A stretch of 63,144 bases of DNA, filler included, from Circinaria calcarea (taxonomy: Eukaryota): assembly GCA_051942165.1 (NCBI GenBank). It is 6 parts of 6 records of this genome, joined end to end, with 100 filler letters (N's around TTAATTAATTAA, not from the genome) between each part and the next. Parts side by side here need not be neighbours in the genome. Positions count along the whole stretch, not along the records: positions 52,722 to 63,144 come from JAVECS010000807.1; 5 more parts are not named here. One strand, 5' to 3'. How positions within the stretch are numbered: the stretch's first letter is position 1; the number at the start of each line of letters is the position of its first letter. A model generated the notes under the pieces. That model made no database searches and had not been told where the DNA came from. It worked only from the letters and a program-made list of their open reading frames with translations. Below are positions 61,831-63,144 of this stretch, in pieces. A program made the translations under genes and the position numbers.

Positions 61831-62338
61831 ACCTAGTTCGACTCGCGATATATCTAGGCCGACGATTGTATGTCTTGTGCTATCAACGCTGGCCTGTTAA
61901 CTCGGAATGAATGCGACGGTGCTTTGGTTTTTATAGTTGAAATGGGAGTCTGAAACTATTCATGAGAGGTAGTGGCCTTGGTGTGTCTGTTAAGGCGTAC
62001 CATAAGATTGCGGCGCAGTGCCAAGCAGGAGACACGCGTCAGGGTGAATGAGAATTTGGTCAGGCAATATTCAATGGAAGAAATGTATACATGGTCCTTC
62101 GACATTCGCCCAAAGTACAGATAACCCCGATAATGCAATCCTTAGGACTTATTACCCCGACGACTGCACCTTGTATGGACTTCAAGCATATGTCTATGAA
62201 CACAAAGAAGGCATCTATACAGCATACTCGTAGATTTCGACGATCCTAGACCAGGTGACCAACCTCAGAATTGTACAAAGACGGCCTTGCTCTGCATGGC
62301 AACACCTCGGAGATTAAAATGCAATAACGGCGTCTCTT

Positions 62339-63144
62339 TCATCGAATATAGAATGTTGGTCTCTGATTATTCGGAACCTTCAGCAGTTTGATCAGGGGAT
62401 TTGCGCTCGGCTGTCGAACATAAATGCCATCTAGCCCCAATTCTATCTTGCCCATCCTTGCTTCCCACCTTTGTACGATGGAGGTTGCCAGGAGGACTCT
62501 TGCGCAGACGGCCGCAAGCGTATCGAGATCTGATAGATCTATGTCGTGACTTCTGCGGCGTGTTGGGAGTGGATTGAACTCTTCCATTAAATAAGTAAAA
62601 GGGACAAGGTTGTGGCACTCAGGGAAGAGATTGACTTCTGAAGCAGTAAGGTAATCATGACTAGCTGATATGGCCAACTGCTGCGGCATATCAGGACGTC
62701 CAATTCCGGCTTCTATTGCTGCTATGATTTCATCGACGCGCTTCTGATCATCTTGGAAAAGGTCTCTGAGCTTCACCTTCACGTTTTCGAGACCGATACT
62801 CTCTAGCTCCTCTAGTGACGTCTTTCTGACCTTAAGGATAAATTGGGGTGTCGGTAGAATCTCATTTTGCGCTTCCCCGTAGAACACCGATTCTGCGTAG
62901 AAAGTCCAGGTCAGAGCTAAGCCTAGATGATCAACGGCTTCTTCAACGTCAATGAGATTATAGAGCAGCGGGCTTATCTTTCCCTTTACTCTTGTATCTC
63001 TCCTATTGTGTGTTGAAATGGGTACGGCGTAATAGTCTGGATTCTGGTCCGTGTCGGTCTGGCCGAGTTGAACCCAATAGTCTTCACCGTTATCTCGGAT
63101 GAGCATTACATAGGCTGATGCCACCGCTAGTCTTTCAGAGAACA
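62339..63144 (-). CDS. 3' part of a hypothetical globular protein, 5' end outside the window
   Basis: Stop-free frame of more than 260 codons with protein-like composition; no family recognised. Confidence 0.65.
   Translation of the reverse strand, partial: FSERLAVASAYVMLIRDNGEDYWVQLGQTDTDQNPDYYAVPISTHNRRDTRVKGKISPLLYNLIDVEEAVDHLGLALTWTFYAESVFYGEAQNEILPTPQFILKVRKTSLEELESIGLENVKVKLRDLFQDDQKRVDEIIAAIEAGIGRPDMPQQLAISASHDYLTASEVNLFPECHNLVPFTYLMEEFNPLPTRRRSHDIDLSDLDTLAAVCARVLLATSIVQRWEARMGKIELGLDGIYVRQPSANPLIKLLKVPNNQRPTFYIR

Noticed and set aside
1..63144. CRISPR arrays, tRNA or rRNA genes, prokaryotic operons
   Set aside because: None seen; the sequence is eukaryotic with spliceosomal introns.

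Overview
Intron-rich DNA from a filamentous ascomycete (Pezizomycotina; GT-AG introns with CTRAY branch sites). The window is not one locus. It is six contigs of about 10.4 kb joined by identical 100-nt N44-TTAATTAATTAA-N44 spacers in decreasing length order, so gene order is only meaningful within a contig. Housekeeping genes: OXR1 (3' part), VID27, AP-1 beta adaptin, a HIRIP3-like gene, TPS1 (5' part), MRPS35, NSE4 (3' part), NOP2. Metabolic genes: flavin reductase, thioesterase, P450, Pth11-like receptor, NCS1 permease, adenine deaminase, FMN alpha-hydroxy-acid oxidase. Pseudogenes: 2OG-Fe(II) oxygenase, laccase, O-methyltransferase. Transposon relics include a solo LTR with a 5-bp target-site duplication. 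Most notable, all found by manual splicing and missed or fragmented by the ORF track: (1) a co-oriented cluster of an intact membrane-anchored caspase-like protease, a small SH3/Tudor-like protein and a DUF6594 membrane protein, a candidate protease-effector cell-death or defence module; (2) a secreted, probably Kex2-processed precursor with two C-x-PP-x5-C-x-W repeats; (3) an apparent single-nucleotide exon; (4) a dual-guide C/D snoRNA in the MRPS35 intron. Family assignments come from motif recognition by eye, not database searches.
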